A DNA stretch of 64,000 bases from Flammeovirgaceae bacterium (GTDB lineage: Bacteria > Bacteroidota > Bacteroidia > Cytophagales > Cyclobacteriaceae): the NCBI GenBank assembly GCA_024638265.1, contig JAHEKQ010000011.1:1333-65332 (forward strand). Reading direction: 5' to 3'. The number at the start of each line of letters is the position of its first letter. The first letter of the stretch is position 1. Under the pieces are notes generated by a model. The model did not search any database. It was not told the DNA's origin and was given only the letters and a program-made list of their open reading frames with translations. This document shows positions 37,152 to 48,575 of the stretch, piece by piece. Made by a program: the position numbers and the translations under genes.

Positions 37152-40100
37152 TATTTTTCACTTTCCACTTCTACTTTTTCCTCACTTGGAGCCTCTTTCT
37201 GGGATTCCATCATCTGATCGTATTCCTCCTGGGAACCAACAATCATGTTCTGGAATTTCCTCTGACCTGTTCCCGCAGGGATCAGGTGACCTACAATCAC
37301 GTTTTCCTTCAACCCAAGCAGGTGGTCGGATTTACCCCTGATTGAGGCTTCGCTGAGCACCTTGGTCGTCTCCTGGAATGAAGCTGCTGACAAGAAACTC
37401 TCCGTCTTCAGTGACGCCTGGGTAATACCCTGCAGAGTTGGAGCCGATACCGCGGGCATCGCTTCCCTGGTCTCAATGATCTTGAGGTCTTTACGCTTCA
37501 ATTGCGAGTTCTCATCCCTGAGCTCCCGGGGTGAAATAATCATTCCCGGTTTGAACTTCTCGGAATCACCCGCCTGGAGAACCACCATTTTGTCCAGTAC
37601 GAGGTCGTTTTCTTCCCTGAAGGTGAATTTATCAATGATCTCGCCCTGCAGGAAGCTCGTATCTCCTGAATCCAGGATTGTAACCTTCTGCATCATTTGG
37701 CTTACAATAGCCTCGATGTGCTTGTCATTGATCTTCACACCCTGGAGTCGGTAAACTTCCTGGATCTCATTGACGAGATATTCCTGAACTGCTGTTGGTC
37801 CTTTAATCGCAAGGATATCAGCGGGCGTGATCGCGCCGTCAGAAAGAGGTGTTCCGGCAAAAACAAAGTCATTGTCCTGTACCAGGATGTGCTTGGAAAG
37901 CGATACGAGGTATCTCTTTTTCACTTCGTCCTTGGACTCGACAAATATTTCCCTGTTACCCCTCTTAATTCCTCCGTAGGATACCACACCGTCGATTTCA
38001 CTTACTACGGCAGGGTTGGAAGGGTTACGCGCTTCGAAAAGCTCTGTTACCCTTGGCAGACCCCCTGTGATATCTCGTGATTTACCAATATTCCTTGGAA
38101 TCTTAACGAGTATCTGTCCGGCTATGATCTTATCTCCCTCTTCCACGGCAAGGTGGGCACCAACGGGAATGTTGTAACTCTTCTCCTTCTTGCTGCCTTT
38201 GACAACCAGTGCCGGGTTTTTGGTCTTGTCTTTTGAATCGGTAATCACCTTCTCCCTGTGACCGGTCTGTTCGTCAGATTCCTCACGGAAAGTAACGCCT
38301 TCGATTATGGAATCATATTCGATCTTTCCATCCAATTCTGAAAGGATCACAGCGTTGTAGGGATCCCAGAAGCACAATTCATCTCCTTTTTCCACTTTTG
38401 CTCCCTCTTTCACTTTGAGGAATGCACCGTAAGGTACGTGGTTGGAAATAAGCGTCTGTTTCTTCTTAGGATCTACCACTTTGATCTCACCGGTACGTCC
38501 CATGACCACTTCGATCTTCTTACCATCAGAGTCTTTGGTCGTAATGGTTCTCAATCCGTCAAATTCAACAACACCTGCGAATTTGGCTTTGATATTGGCA
38601 TCAACCGCGATGTTAGATGCCGTACCTCCCACGTGGAAGGTTCTCAAAGTAAGCTGTGTACCGGGCTCACCAATAGATTGTGCGGCAATGACTCCTACGG
38701 CCTCACCTGCTTCCACTTTTCTTCCGGTGGCGAGGTTTCTTCCGTAACATTTTGCGCATCCTCCCTGCTTGGTCTCACAAGTCAACAGTGACCTGATCTC
38801 CACCTCCTCAATGCTGGTCTCATCAATCCTCGCAGCAATCTCTTCCGTGATCGTACCGTTGGATTCGATGATCAGCTCGTCGGAGATAGGATCGTAAATA
38901 TCATGGACTGAAGTCCTTCCTAGAATTCGCTCGGAAAGTGGCTCTACGATATCTTCGTTGTCCTTAAGTGCTGTCACAGTCAGACCCCTGAGCGTACCAC
39001 AGTCATCTTCCGTGATTACGAGATCCTGGGCAACATCCACAAGTCTCCTGGTCAGGTATCCGGCATCAGCCGTTTTAAGAGCTGTATCGGCCAAACCCTT
39101 ACGTGCACCGTGGGTTGAGATAAAGTATTCGAGTACATCGAGTCCTTCCTTAAAGTTGGATAGAATAGGGTTCTCAATAATAGATCCTACGGAACCGAGC
39201 AAACTCTTCTGCGGTTTAGCCATAAGTCCCCTCATTCCACCAAGCTGTCGTATCTGCTCCCTTGATCCCCTCGCTCCAGAGTGCATCATCATATAAATGG
39301 AGTTGAATCCATCCTGGTTTGCCTCGAGCTGGTTCATCAGGGTATTGGTCAGGAGTGTGTTGGTCCTTGTCCAGATATCAATGACCTGGTTATACCTTTC
39401 ATTGTCGGTAATAAGACCCATGAAGTAGTTGTTCCATACTTCGTCCACTTCCTCCTTGGCCTTCTCAACGAGTATTTCCTTCTCATCGGGGATCATCACA
39501 TCATCAAGACCCATGGAGAGACCTCCTTTATAGGCCATGTAGAATCCTAGATCCTTTATATCATCCAGGAACTTCGCAGTTCTTGCATGTCCTGAAATCT
39601 TGAATACATCAGAGATAATACCCTGGAGTTTCTTTTTCGTAAGGAGTTCATTCACATATCCAACTTCCTCGGGAATGAACTGGTTGAAGAGAACCCTTCC
39701 AGCAACGGTCTCAATGATCTTGCTTTCCAGTTCATTATTCTCGTTGCGGACTTTCACCTTAACTTTAATATGGGCATGCTTGCTCAGTATGCCTTCATTC
39801 AAAGCAATGATTACTTCCTCCGGTCCGTAGAATTCGCCTCCTTCTCCCCTGGATCCTTTGCGGCCTTTTGTTACGTAGTAAAGGCCCAGAACCATATCCT
39901 GTGACGGTACTGTAATTGGAGCACCGTTTGCGGGGTTAAGAATATTATGAGAGGAAAGCATCAATAAGCTGGCTTCCAGGATTGCTTCCTGTCCAAGCGG
40001 CACGTGTACGGCCATCTGGTCACCGTCGAAGTCGGCGTTGAATGCCGTACATACCAACGGGTGCAGCTGAATAGCTTTTCCTTCAATAAGCTTGGGCTGG

Positions 40101-41452
40101 AAAGCCTGGATTCCCAGCCTGTGCAGCGTAGGAGCACGGTTGAGCAGGACGGGATGCCCTTTCAACACGTTTTCCAGGATATCCCATACTACAGGGTCTT
40201 TCCTGTCCACTATTTTCTTTGCGGACTTCACAGTTTTAACAATACCCCTCTCGATCAGTTTCCTGATGATGAAAGGCTTGTAAAGTTCTGCTGCCATATC
40301 CTTGGGCAGTCCGCATTCATGCAATTTGAGTTCAGGACCTACCACGATAACTGATCGACCGGAGTAGTCCACCCTTTTACCGAGCAGGTTCTGACGGAAT
40401 CGGCCTTGCTTACCTTTCAGCATATCACTGAGAGATTTCAGGGCCCTGTTTCCATCACTTCTAACTGCATTTACTTTTCGTGAGTTATCGAACAGTGAAT
40501 CGACAGCTTCCTGGAGCATCCTCTTTTCGTTTCGAAGGATCACTTCGGGAGCCTTGATATCAATCAATCGCTTCAGCCTGTTATTCCTGATGATCACCCT
40601 CCTGTAGAGGTCGTTCAAATCAGAAGTAGCGAATCGTCCACCATCGAGGGGCACCAGTGGCCTGAGCTCCGGGGGTATAACGGGAACCATCTTGATAACC
40701 ATCCACTCGGGACGGTTTTCAATTCGTTTCCTGGCATCCCTGAATGCCTCAACTACTTTCAATCGCTTAAGGGCTTCTGCCTTCCTTTGTTGTGAAGTGT
40801 CAGTAGCGGCCTGGTGACGAAGCTGATAGCTCAGTTCATCGAGGTTGATCCTGGAGAGCAACATCTCCAGGGACTCCGCACCCATCTTGGCGATGAATTT
40901 TTGTGGATCGTTATCATCCAGCATCTGGTTTTCCCTGGGCAATTTATCAAGTATGTCCAGGTATTCATCCTCAGTGAGGAAGTCCATATAGCTGATTCCA
41001 TCTTCCTCCTTGATGCCGGGCTGTATTACCACATATCTTTCGTAATAGATGATCTGATCCAGCTTTTTGGTAGGCAAACCAAGAAGGTACCCGATTTTGT
41101 TGGGCAGGGACTTGAAGTACCAAATATGTGCTACGGGGACGACGAGTTCAATATGACCCATTCTTTCCCTACGCACTTTCTTTTCAGTTACTTCTACTCC
41201 ACAGCGGTCACAGATGATCCCCTTATATCGGATTCTCTTATATTTCCCGCAATGACACTCCCAATCCTTTACCGGTCCGAAGATTCTCTCACAAAACAAA
41301 CCACCCATCTCAGGCTTATAAGTCCTGTAATTGATGGTCTCAGGTTGAGTTACTTCACCATTCGAGCTTTCGAGGATTGACTCCGGGGAAGCGAGACTGA
41401 TCGTGACTTTCGAGAAGTCGTTATTTAGCTTTTTATTTTTTCTGAATGACAT
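37151..41452 (-). CDS. rpoC: DNA-directed RNA polymerase subunit beta'
   Basis: 1433 aa with the catalytic NADFDGDQM motif and an N-terminal zinc-binding CxC...CxxC. Confidence 0.98.
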   Translation of the reverse strand: MSFRKNKKLNNDFSKVTISLASPESILESSNGEVTQPETINYRTYKPEMGGLFCERIFGPVKDWECHCGKYKRIRYKGIICDRCGVEVTEKKVRRERMGHIELVVPVAHIWYFKSLPNKIGYLLGLPTKKLDQIIYYERYVVIQPGIKEEDGISYMDFLTEDEYLDILDKLPRENQMLDDNDPQKFIAKMGAESLEMLLSRINLDELSYQLRHQAATDTSQQRKAEALKRLKVVEAFRDARKRIENRPEWMVIKMVPVIPPELRPLVPLDGGRFATSDLNDLYRRVIIRNNRLKRLIDIKAPEVILRNEKRMLQEAVDSLFDNSRKVNAVRSDGNRALKSLSDMLKGKQGRFRQNLLGKRVDYSGRSVIVVGPELKLHECGLPKDMAAELYKPFIIRKLIERGIVKTVKSAKKIVDRKDPVVWDILENVLKGHPVLLNRAPTLHRLGIQAFQPKLIEGKAIQLHPLVCTAFNADFDGDQMAVHVPLGQEAILEASLLMLSSHNILNPANGAPITVPSQDMVLGLYYVTKGRKGSRGEGGEFYGPEEVIIALNEGILSKHAHIKVKVKVRNENNELESKIIETVAGRVLFNQFIPEEVGYVNELLTKKKLQGIISDVFKISGHARTAKFLDDIKDLGFYMAYKGGLSMGLDDVMIPDEKEILVEKAKEEVDEVWNNYFMGLITDNERYNQVIDIWTRTNTLLTNTLMNQLEANQDGFNSIYMMMHSGARGSREQIRQLGGMRGLMAKPQKSLLGSVGSIIENPILSNFKEGLDVLEYFISTHGARKGLADTALKTADAGYLTRRLVDVAQDLVITEDDCGTLRGLTVTALKDNEDIVEPLSERILGRTSVHDIYDPISDELIIESNGTITEEIAARIDETSIEEVEIRSLLTCETKQGGCAKCYGRNLATGRKVEAGEAVGVIAAQSIGEPGTQLTLRTFHVGGTASNIAVDANIKAKFAGVVEFDGLRTITTKDSDGKKIEVVMGRTGEIKVVDPKKKQTLISNHVPYGAFLKVKEGAKVEKGDELCFWDPYNAVILSELDGKIEYDSIIEGVTFREESDEQTGHREKVITDSKDKTKNPALVVKGSKKEKSYNIPVGAHLAVEEGDKIIAGQILVKIPRNIGKSRDITGGLPRVTELFEARNPSNPAVVSEIDGVVSYGGIKRGNREIFVESKDEVKKRYLVSLSKHILVQDNDFVFAGTPLSDGAITPADILAIKGPTAVQEYLVNEIQEVYRLQGVKINDKHIEAIVSQMMQKVTILDSGDTSFLQGEIIDKFTFREENDLVLDKMVVLQAGDSEKFKPGMIISPRELRDENSQLKRKDLKIIETREAMPAVSAPTLQGITQASLKTESFLSAASFQETTKVLSEASIRGKSDHLLGLKENVIVGHLIPAGTGQRKFQNMIVGSQEEYDQMMESQKEAPSEEKVEVESEK

Positions 41453-41478
41453 ATTCTTGCTGTGTCAACTTTATCAAA

Positions 41479-44400
41479 TTAGTCCAAGGTAATCTCAAGT
41501 GCCAAACCTCTCAGTTCGTGCACCAGTACATTGAATGATTCCGGTATATTGGGATTCTTAATAGTCTCTCCTTTAACGATCGACTCATAAGCTTTTGCCC
41601 TACCGATAACATCATCCGATTTGATAGTAAGGATTTCCTGGAGGATATGTGATGCACCGAATGCTTCCAGTGCCCAAACCTCCATCTCACCAAATCGCTG
41701 GCCTCCAAACTGTGCCTTACCACCCAGAGGTTGCTGAGTGATCAGGGAGTAAGGACCGATTGACCTGGCGTGCATCTTATCATCAACAAGGTGGCCAAGC
41801 TTCAACATGTAGGCAATACCTACAGTTACAGGCTGGTCGAACCTCTCTCCCGTGAAACCGTCATAGAGGTAAGTCCTTCCAAACTCAGGAAGATTAGCCT
41901 CATTGAGTTCGTCTCTAACCTGCTCCATGGTAGCCCCGTCAAAAATCGGGGTAGCATATTTTCTTCCCAGTTCGAGACCGGCCCATCCAAGGACCGTTTC
42001 ATAGATCTGGCCCAGGTTCATCCTTGAAGGTACTCCAAGGGGATTGAGACAGATGTCCATAGGGGTTCCATCTTCAAGGAAAGGCATATCTTCCTCCCTT
42101 ACTATTTTGGCTACTACACCTTTATTACCGTGCCGTCCTGCCATCTTATCACCTACTTTCAGCTTTCGCTTCTTGGCGATATAGACTTTTGCAAGCTGAA
42201 CAATTCCAGCAGGTAATTCATCTCCAACTTCCAGTGTAAACCGCTCCCTCTTAAAGTCTCCGGAAATCTCATTCCTTCGCAACAAGAAGTTTTTGACGAG
42301 CCTGGCTACCTGGGTATTGGTCTTCTTGTCTGTCGACCAGTTTTCGAGGATGATATCTCCTATCAGGTTAGTCTCCTCCTGTACATTGAGGTTACTCTCA
42401 TCCCTGTAGATATTCTTTTCAGGGAAAAGGTTTTCCTTAATGGCTTTGGCAGAGAATTTAGTTCCCTTGGAAATGATATCATCTCCAAACTTATGTTTTA
42501 CACCTTGCGACGTCTTACCCTTCAGCAGCTTCTCGAGCTTGCTAACTGCCTCATCCTTAAGACTGAGCAGATCTTGAGAGTATTTAGCCTTGAGTGCTTC
42601 AACTTCTTTTTTAGATTTTGCACGAAGGTCTTTGTCCTTCTTAGGCCTCCTGAAGAGTTTTGTATCGATAACGATACCCCTCATGGAAGGAGGTGCTTTT
42701 AATGAAGCATCCTTCACATCACCGGCTTTATCGCCAAAAATCGCACGGAGGAGCTTTTCCTCCGGAGTAGGATCCGTTTCACCTTTTGGCGTGATCTTAC
42801 CTATAAGAATATCACCTTCTTTAATTTCAGCTCCAACCCTGATGATCCCGTTTTCATCGAGATTCTTCACAGCATCTTCGCTGACATTGGGTATTTCAGA
42901 AGTGAGTTCTTCTTCTCCTCTTTTCGTATCCCTGACCTCGAGTTCGAATTCTTCGATATGCAGTGAAGTGAAGATATCTTCCCTTACTACGCGCTCAGAG
43001 ATCACGATAGCATCCTCAAAATTATAACCCTGCCATGGCATGTAAGCCACTCTCAGGTTCCTACCAAGTGCGAGTTCGCCATTTTCTGTGGCATAACCCT
43101 GAACAAGGGGCTGTCCCTTTTTCACCTTCTGACCTTTCCTCACGAGAGGTGTAAGGTTGATACAGGTATCCTGGTTAGTCCTCCTGAACTTGGTCAGGTA
43201 GTATGATTTATATTCATCGGTAAATGCTACCGCTTTATCATCGTCATTCTGGTCATACTTGACAGTGATCATTTTGGCATCGACAAAATCAACCACGCCG
43301 GAGCCTTCTGCCAATATAAGTGCACGTGAATCCAGTGCCACACGCTCCTCAAGTCCCGTTCCTACAATTGCAGCTTCCGGACGAAGCAGAGGTACAGCCT
43401 GACGCTGCATGTTGGATCCCATGAGGGCCCTGTTGGCATCGTCATGCTCGAGGAAAGGGATCATGGAAGCGGCCACCGATACAATCTGGTTTGGCGCAAC
43501 ATCCATATAATCAACTTCCTTGGGCTCAACTACAGGGAAATCACCTTCCAACCTTGCTTTTACACGGTCGTTGATAAATTTTCCAGAATCCTTTAACGGT
43601 GCATTTGCCTGGGCAATGTTGTGTTCATCCTCTTCCTCAGCGGTGAGGTATACTACATTCTCGGACATATTCACCGTACCTTTTTCCACTTTCCGGTAGG
43701 GAGTTTCGATGAATCCCATTTGATTCACTTTGGCGTGAACGCAAAGTGATGAAATCAATCCGATATTCGGTCCTTCCGGTGTTTCGATAGTACAGAGTCG
43801 GCCGTAGTGAGTATAGTGAACGTCCCTTACCTCGAAACCTGCTCTCTCCCTGGATAAACCTCCAGGTCCAAGTGCTGACATTCTCCTCTTGTGAGTAATC
43901 TCGGCAAGAGGGTTGGTTTGATCCATGAACTGGCTGAGCTGGTTGGTTCCGAAGAACGAGTTGATAACGCTGGACAAAGTCCGTGCGTTGATGAGATCCA
44001 CTGGTTTGTAGTCCTCATTATCGCGAACGTTCATTCTCTCCTTGATGGTTCTCGCCATCCTTGCGAGACCAACTCCGAACTGGGTATAGAGTTGTTCGCC
44101 AACCGTTCTTACCCTCCTGTTACTGAGGTGGTCGATATCGTCAATCAGTGCCTTCGAGTTGATAAGCCCGATTAGGTACTTGACAATTTCTATGATGTCC
44201 TGGTTTGTAAGAACGCGAACATCAGAATCAATTTCGAGATTCAGCTTCTTATTGATCCTGTACCTTCCCACTTCACCGAGATCATAACGCTTATCGCTGA
44301 AGAACAGGCTCTGGATAATATCCCTTGCAGTCTGCTCATCAGGAGCCTCAGTATTCCTTAGTTGGCGATAGATCTGTTCTACTGCTTCCTTCTCTGAATT

Positions 44401-45354
44401 GGAGTTATCCTTCGCGAGGGTATTGAAAATAATGGTGTAATCATTAGCTCCACTAGCTTCGCGATGGAGAATAATTGATTTGACACCTGCGTCGGAGATC
44501 AATTCAATATCTTCTTTTTCAAGAATATGATCTCTTTCAAGAACTATTTCGTTCCTGTCGATTGAAACCACTTCCCCGGTATCTTCATCCACGAAATCCT
44601 CCGTCCAGGTTTTGAGAACCCTTGCGGCCAACTTACGTCCGACCACCTTCTTCAGGTTGGTTTGAGTGGCCTTAACTTCTTCTGAAAGTTCGAAGAGATC
44701 AAGGATATCCTTATCGGTACCATATCCTATCGCCCTCATCAGGGTGGTAACAGGAAACTTCTTCTTCCTGTCGATATAGGCGTACATGACGTTATTTACG
44801 TCGGTCGCAAATTCGATCCAGCTACCCTTAAAAGGAATAATCCTAGCCGAGTAGAGCGTGGTTCCATTGGTATGCTTGCTCTGTGCAAAGAACACCCCGG
44901 GAGACCTGTGCAGTTGAGATACGATGACCCTTTCGGCACCATTGATCACGAAAGAACCCTTTACGGTCATATAGGGAATATTCCCAAGGAATACCTCCTG
45001 TTCTATCGTTTCAAAATCCTCGTTATCGTCATCGTTACAGATCAGCTTCAACTTTGCCTTTAGAGGAACGCTGTAGGTAAGTCCCCTTTCGATGCACTCA
45101 TCGACATTGTATTTGGGGGGATCCACCGTATAATCAACGAATTCCAGGACGAAGTTTTCCCTTGAATCGGATATCGGAAAATTCTCACTGAATACTTTAT
45201 ATAAACCTTCGTTCTCCCTGTTTTCCGCCGGTGTATCCAGCTGGAAGAAATCAGAGAACGATTTCAGCTGTACATCCAGAAAATCGGGATAATCGATGAT
45301 TTTCTTGATGGATGCAAAGCTTATTCTTTCCGTCGTCTTCTTTGTCTTTGCCAA
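41479..45354 (-). CDS. rpoB: DNA-directed RNA polymerase subunit beta
   Basis: 1291 aa, conserved throughout. The only start codon ahead of the conserved N-terminus is TTG at 45354. Confidence 0.97.
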   Translation of the reverse strand: MAKTKKTTERISFASIKKIIDYPDFLDVQLKSFSDFFQLDTPAENRENEGLYKVFSENFPISDSRENFVLEFVDYTVDPPKYNVDECIERGLTYSVPLKAKLKLICNDDDNEDFETIEQEVFLGNIPYMTVKGSFVINGAERVIVSQLHRSPGVFFAQSKHTNGTTLYSARIIPFKGSWIEFATDVNNVMYAYIDRKKKFPVTTLMRAIGYGTDKDILDLFELSEEVKATQTNLKKVVGRKLAARVLKTWTEDFVDEDTGEVVSIDRNEIVLERDHILEKEDIELISDAGVKSIILHREASGANDYTIIFNTLAKDNSNSEKEAVEQIYRQLRNTEAPDEQTARDIIQSLFFSDKRYDLGEVGRYRINKKLNLEIDSDVRVLTNQDIIEIVKYLIGLINSKALIDDIDHLSNRRVRTVGEQLYTQFGVGLARMARTIKERMNVRDNEDYKPVDLINARTLSSVINSFFGTNQLSQFMDQTNPLAEITHKRRMSALGPGGLSRERAGFEVRDVHYTHYGRLCTIETPEGPNIGLISSLCVHAKVNQMGFIETPYRKVEKGTVNMSENVVYLTAEEEDEHNIAQANAPLKDSGKFINDRVKARLEGDFPVVEPKEVDYMDVAPNQIVSVAASMIPFLEHDDANRALMGSNMQRQAVPLLRPEAAIVGTGLEERVALDSRALILAEGSGVVDFVDAKMITVKYDQNDDDKAVAFTDEYKSYYLTKFRRTNQDTCINLTPLVRKGQKVKKGQPLVQGYATENGELALGRNLRVAYMPWQGYNFEDAIVISERVVREDIFTSLHIEEFELEVRDTKRGEEELTSEIPNVSEDAVKNLDENGIIRVGAEIKEGDILIGKITPKGETDPTPEEKLLRAIFGDKAGDVKDASLKAPPSMRGIVIDTKLFRRPKKDKDLRAKSKKEVEALKAKYSQDLLSLKDEAVSKLEKLLKGKTSQGVKHKFGDDIISKGTKFSAKAIKENLFPEKNIYRDESNLNVQEETNLIGDIILENWSTDKKTNTQVARLVKNFLLRRNEISGDFKRERFTLEVGDELPAGIVQLAKVYIAKKRKLKVGDKMAGRHGNKGVVAKIVREEDMPFLEDGTPMDICLNPLGVPSRMNLGQIYETVLGWAGLELGRKYATPIFDGATMEQVRDELNEANLPEFGRTYLYDGFTGERFDQPVTVGIAYMLKLGHLVDDKMHARSIGPYSLITQQPLGGKAQFGGQRFGEMEVWALEAFGASHILQEILTIKSDDVIGRAKAYESIVKGETIKNPNIPESFNVLVHELRGLALEITLD

Positions 45355-45402
45355 AGCTTTTAAAATTTGATTTGGATTAAATTCTTTTTAGTGTCCACAA
45401 AC

Positions 45403-45441
45403 AGGAAAAGACCCCTTCTCCATATCCGTTGGGAAATGGGG
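45403..45441 (-). terminator. Candidate partial terminator or attenuator hairpin in the rplL-rpoB spacer
   Basis: On the - strand, ccccatttcc-caacggatat-ggagaagggg (9 pairs, one mismatch) followed by ucuuuuccuguuug. Confidence 0.4.
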
Positions 45442-45489
45442 ATCGGGGCCTATCTAATTTGATTAGACGGCCGGTTGTATGAGCCTCAA

Positions 45490-45873
45490 TTACTTGAGCT
45501 CAACTTCAGCACCTGCTTCTTCAAGCTGTTTTTTGATGCCTTCGGCTTCGTCTTTTGCAAGACCTTCCTTAATAGGTTTTGGCGCGCTGTCTACGATTTC
45601 TTTAGCCTCCTTGAGACCTAATCCAGTTAATTCCTTAACAAGTTTTACGATTTGAAGCTTAGCTCCACCTGGAGATACAAGTACTACGTCGAATTCAGAT
45701 TTTTCTTCTCCTCCTTCGCCACCTTCACCTCCACCGGCAGGTGCAGCTACAGCTACAGCCGCAGCAGCAGCAGGTTCAATACCGTACTCTTCCTTGAGAA
45801 CGTCAGCTAATTCGTTAACTTCCTTTACGGTAAGGTTAACCAACTGTTCAGCTAATTCTTTAATGTCAGCCAT
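45490..45873 (-). CDS. rplL: 50S ribosomal protein L7/L12
   Basis: 127 aa with an Ala/Gly/Glu hinge and a conserved C-terminal domain. Confidence 0.97.
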   Translation of the reverse strand: MADIKELAEQLVNLTVKEVNELADVLKEEYGIEPAAAAAVAVAAPAGGGEGGEGGEEKSEFDVVLVSPGGAKLQIVKLVKELTGLGLKEAKEIVDSAPKPIKEGLAKDEAEGIKKQLEEAGAEVELK

Positions 45874-45904
45874 TTTAATTATCCGTTATTTACTCAGTTT
45901 CAAT

Positions 45905-46435
45905 TTAATTTTCTCTATCGGCAAGTGTTTTCACCAGGCCAGCAATGGTACCTCCACTGCTCTTGAGAGCAGAGATAACATTTTTAGCAGGTGATTGCAG
46001 AATTGTGACAATTTCCCCGATCAGTTCGTTTTTCGATTTCAGTTCGGATAGTGTCTTGAGATTTTCTTCGCCAATGAAAAACTCCAATTCTATGGAAGCA
46101 GCCTTAAGAGAGGGTCTTTCTCCCCCTACTTTCTTTCTAAAGTCTTTAATTACCTTGGCGGGAAGGTTGGATACCTCCTGGGAGAAAATGATTCCCGAGA
46201 AACCCTTAAGGGCATCATTCAGGGGTTCAAAATCCCCGTCGGATCCTTCCAACGCCTTCTTTATCAAAGTATTCTTATAGACTTTGTAATCTAATCCTTT
46301 GTTAAAGCACATTCTTCTGAAGGCATTTATATCTGCCACAGTCATACCTGAAGTGTCTGCCAAGTAAAAGTGCTGGTTCGACTGGAACTTCTCTTTAAGT
46401 TCTTCTATTACCGCCGACTTTTCTTCTCGTGTCAT
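45905..46435 (-). CDS. rplJ: 50S ribosomal protein L10
   Basis: 176 aa; sits between rplA and rplL. Confidence 0.95.
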   Translation of the reverse strand: MTREEKSAVIEELKEKFQSNQHFYLADTSGMTVADINAFRRMCFNKGLDYKVYKNTLIKKALEGSDGDFEPLNDALKGFSGIIFSQEVSNLPAKVIKDFRKKVGGERPSLKAASIELEFFIGEENLKTLSELKSKNELIGEIVTILQSPAKNVISALKSSGGTIAGLVKTLADREN

Positions 46436-46437
46436 CG

Positions 46438-47136
46438 TTATATACCTTCTATTGAGTTCACATCTATATTAATAGAGGGACTCATTGTGCTTGAAATCCT
46501 GATACTTCTGAAGTAAGTCCCTTTCGCTGAAGCTGGCCTTAGCCTCGCAATGGTTTGGATCAATTCTTGAGCATTCTCATGAATCTTTTCTGGTGTGAAA
46601 GACGCCTTTGCAATGCTCGTGTGAATGATCCCGGTTTTATCAACTTTGAAGTCGATCTTACCGGCCTTTACTTCTTCCACTGCTTTTCCCACATCCTGGG
46701 TTACAGTTCCGGCTTTAGGGTTGGGCATTAGTCCTCTTGGTCCGAGAACCCTTCCCAGCTTACCTACTTTTGCCATTACATTGGGCATGGTAATGATCAC
46801 ATCGATGTCCAGCCATCCGCCTTCAATCTTGGTGATATAGTCATCCAGTCCCACGTGGTCTGCCCCGGCATCCTTTGCTTCCTGCTCTTTGTCAGGGGTG
46901 CAGAGTACCAGGACCCTTGTCTCTTTACCTGTTCCGTGAGGAAGTGTTGCCACTCCACGCACCATTTGATCCGCTTTTTTGGGATCAACCCCAAGTCGGA
47001 TTGCCAGGTCAATAGACGCGTCAAACTTGGTAAAGGTAATGTCCTTTACCAACGCCGAAGCATCTGTTAGGGAATAATCCCTATTTGCTTCCAGCTTTTC
47101 AGCGATTGTCTTTTGGTTTTTTGTCAGCTTTCCCAT
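46438..47136 (-). CDS. rplA: 50S ribosomal protein L1
   Basis: 232 aa with conserved L1 sequence (LPHGTGK, MPNPK.GTVT). Confidence 0.97.
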   Translation of the reverse strand: MGKLTKNQKTIAEKLEANRDYSLTDASALVKDITFTKFDASIDLAIRLGVDPKKADQMVRGVATLPHGTGKETRVLVLCTPDKEQEAKDAGADHVGLDDYITKIEGGWLDIDVIITMPNVMAKVGKLGRVLGPRGLMPNPKAGTVTQDVGKAVEEVKAGKIDFKVDKTGIIHTSIAKASFTPEKIHENAQELIQTIARLRPASAKGTYFRSIRISSTMSPSINIDVNSIEGI

Positions 47137-47147
47137 TTCTACATCTT

Positions 47148-47591
47148 TTAGTTATCCCAGGGTGCCGCACCTGAAACCTTAATACCCATACTCCTTGCAG
47201 TACCTGCCACCATTCTCATGGCGGATTCGACGGTAAATGCATTCAAGTCAGGCATTTTTGTTTCCGCGATTGTCCTGATCTGATCCCAGTTAATGGATCC
47301 AACCTTATCTCGATTCGGTTCTGCTGAACCCTTTTTCTTTTTAGTAGCTTCCAATATCAGCACTGCTGCCGGAGGTGTCTTTATGACAAAGTCAAAAGAC
47401 TTGTCGCTGTAAATAGTTACAACAACCGGTAACACCTGGCCTTGCTTATCCTGGGTCCTTGCATTGAACTGCTTGCAAAAGTCCATGATATTAAGACCTT
47501 TACTACCCAGGGCAGGCCCTACGGGTGGTGAAGGGTTAGCGGCTCCTCCGCGGATCTGCAGTTTCAGATATCCACTTATTTCTTTTGCCAT
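47148..47591 (-). CDS. rplK: 50S ribosomal protein L11
   Basis: 147 aa with conserved PPVGPALG. Confidence 0.97.
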   Translation of the reverse strand: MAKEISGYLKLQIRGGAANPSPPVGPALGSKGLNIMDFCKQFNARTQDKQGQVLPVVVTIYSDKSFDFVIKTPPAAVLILEATKKKKGSAEPNRDKVGSINWDQIRTIAETKMPDLNAFTVESAMRMVAGTARSMGIKVSGAAPWDN

Positions 47592-47594
47592 TAC

Positions 47595-48152
47595 TTAGTC
47601 CAGTTTCTCAACTTGCATGTAATTCAATTCAACAGGGGTATTCCTGCCAAATATCTTTACCATAACATTTAACTTCTTTCTTTCTTCGAATACTTCTTCA
47701 ACAGTACCCTGGAATCCGCTGAATGGTCCATCCATTACTTTTACGGGTTCCCCTACTATATAAGGAGTATCCAATTTCTCTTCTACATCCTCAGCCTCAT
47801 CCACTTTTCCAAGAATCCTGTTGATCTCCGTTTGTCGCAGAGGAACAGGTTCCTTAGACTGACCAGCGCTGTTGTTGCCCAGGAAGCCAATGACCCCGGG
47901 TATGGAGGTCACCGTGTGCAAAGCTTCACCGTTGGTCAAATCTGCTGAGATAAGCACGTAACCGGGAAAGAAATTTCTTTCTCTCACCCGCTTCTTGCCA
48001 TTTCTCATCTCATAGACTTTTTCGGAGGGTATAAGTACCTGTTCAATGAAATCCTGGAGTTCTTCCCTCTCGATTTCATTTTCCAGATAAGCTTTTACCT
48101 TTTTCTCCTGGCCGCTTACCACTCTTATAACATACCAATTGTGCTCAGCCAT
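47595..48152 (-). CDS. nusG: Transcription termination/antitermination factor NusG
   Basis: N-terminal WYVIRVVSGQEKKV and a C-terminal KOW motif; 185 aa. Confidence 0.95.
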   Translation of the reverse strand: MAEHNWYVIRVVSGQEKKVKAYLENEIEREELQDFIEQVLIPSEKVYEMRNGKKRVRERNFFPGYVLISADLTNGEALHTVTSIPGVIGFLGNNSAGQSKEPVPLRQTEINRILGKVDEAEDVEEKLDTPYIVGEPVKVMDGPFSGFQGTVEEVFEERKKLNVMVKIFGRNTPVELNYMQVEKLD

Positions 48153-48182
48153 TATATTTTTATTCTCAGTCTATGCCTGGAT

Positions 48183-48374
48183 TTAAAAATTATTATAGAA
48201 CCACTCCATTGAATTTTCAAAGGCGAAGTCTATAACTCCAATGATCAACGCAAATATTAAAGACGCGATCAACACAAGAATAGAACTGGACTGAAGTTCA
48301 TTGTACTTCGGCCAGGTCACTTTGTGCCTCAACTCCTCTACGGACTCTAATACGAATTTCTTCAATTTTTGCAT
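48183..48374 (-). CDS. secE: Preprotein translocase subunit SecE
   Basis: 63 aa from the ATG at 48374 (the track start at 48380 is TTG), with a single C-terminal TM helix. Canonical position between tRNA-Trp and nusG. Confidence 0.85.
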   Translation of the reverse strand: MQKLKKFVLESVEELRHKVTWPKYNELQSSSILVLIASLIFALIIGVIDFAFENSMEWFYNNF

Positions 48375-48395
48375 CCTCAACCCTATTTAAATCGT

Positions 48396-48471
48396 TGGCA
48401 CGGGTGGAGAGACTCGAACTCCCAGCCAACGGTTTTGGAGACCGCTACTCTACCAATTGAGCTACACCCGT
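48396..48471 (-). tRNA. trnW: tRNA-Trp (anticodon CCA), 3' CCA encoded
   Basis: Manual cloverleaf: acceptor ACGGGTG/CACCCGT, anticodon loop CTCCAAA, T-arm GGGAG-TTCGAGT-CTCTC; 76 nt. Confidence 0.9.
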
Positions 48472-48495
48472 GTATCGCGTCCCCAAAAGGGAACG

Positions 48496-48503
48496 CAAAA
48501 TTA
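48496..48503 (-). promoter_or_regulatory. Candidate -7 promoter box (TAATTTTG) for tRNA-Trp-secE-nusG-rplKAJL
   Basis: Match to TAnnTTTG, 24 nt upstream of the tRNA-Trp 5' end and immediately downstream of the tuf terminator. Confidence 0.45.
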
Positions 48504-48517
48504 TAACAATGTTTAGA

Positions 48518-48552
48518 GAAAAAAAAGCGTTTCTAAAAAAATCAGAAACGCT
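48518..48552 (-). terminator. Rho-independent terminator after tuf
   Basis: On the - strand, agcgtttct-gattttttt-agaaacgct followed by 8 U. Confidence 0.75.
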
Positions 48553-48575
48553 CGTTTTATACTTAAAAGCTATCC

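Noticed and set aside
40814-41380. 188 aa + strand ORF, and other ORFs of 60 to about 190 aa, inside rpoC, rpoB, fusA, the PhoD-like gene, priA and pbpC
   Set aside because: All are antisense or out of frame within strongly conserved genes. These are shadow ORFs.
48476-48497. Small hairpin gcgtcccc-aaaa-gggaacgc just 5' of tRNA-Trp
   Set aside because: The stem is imperfect and overlaps the predicted promoter and transcription start region. There is no basis for assigning a function.
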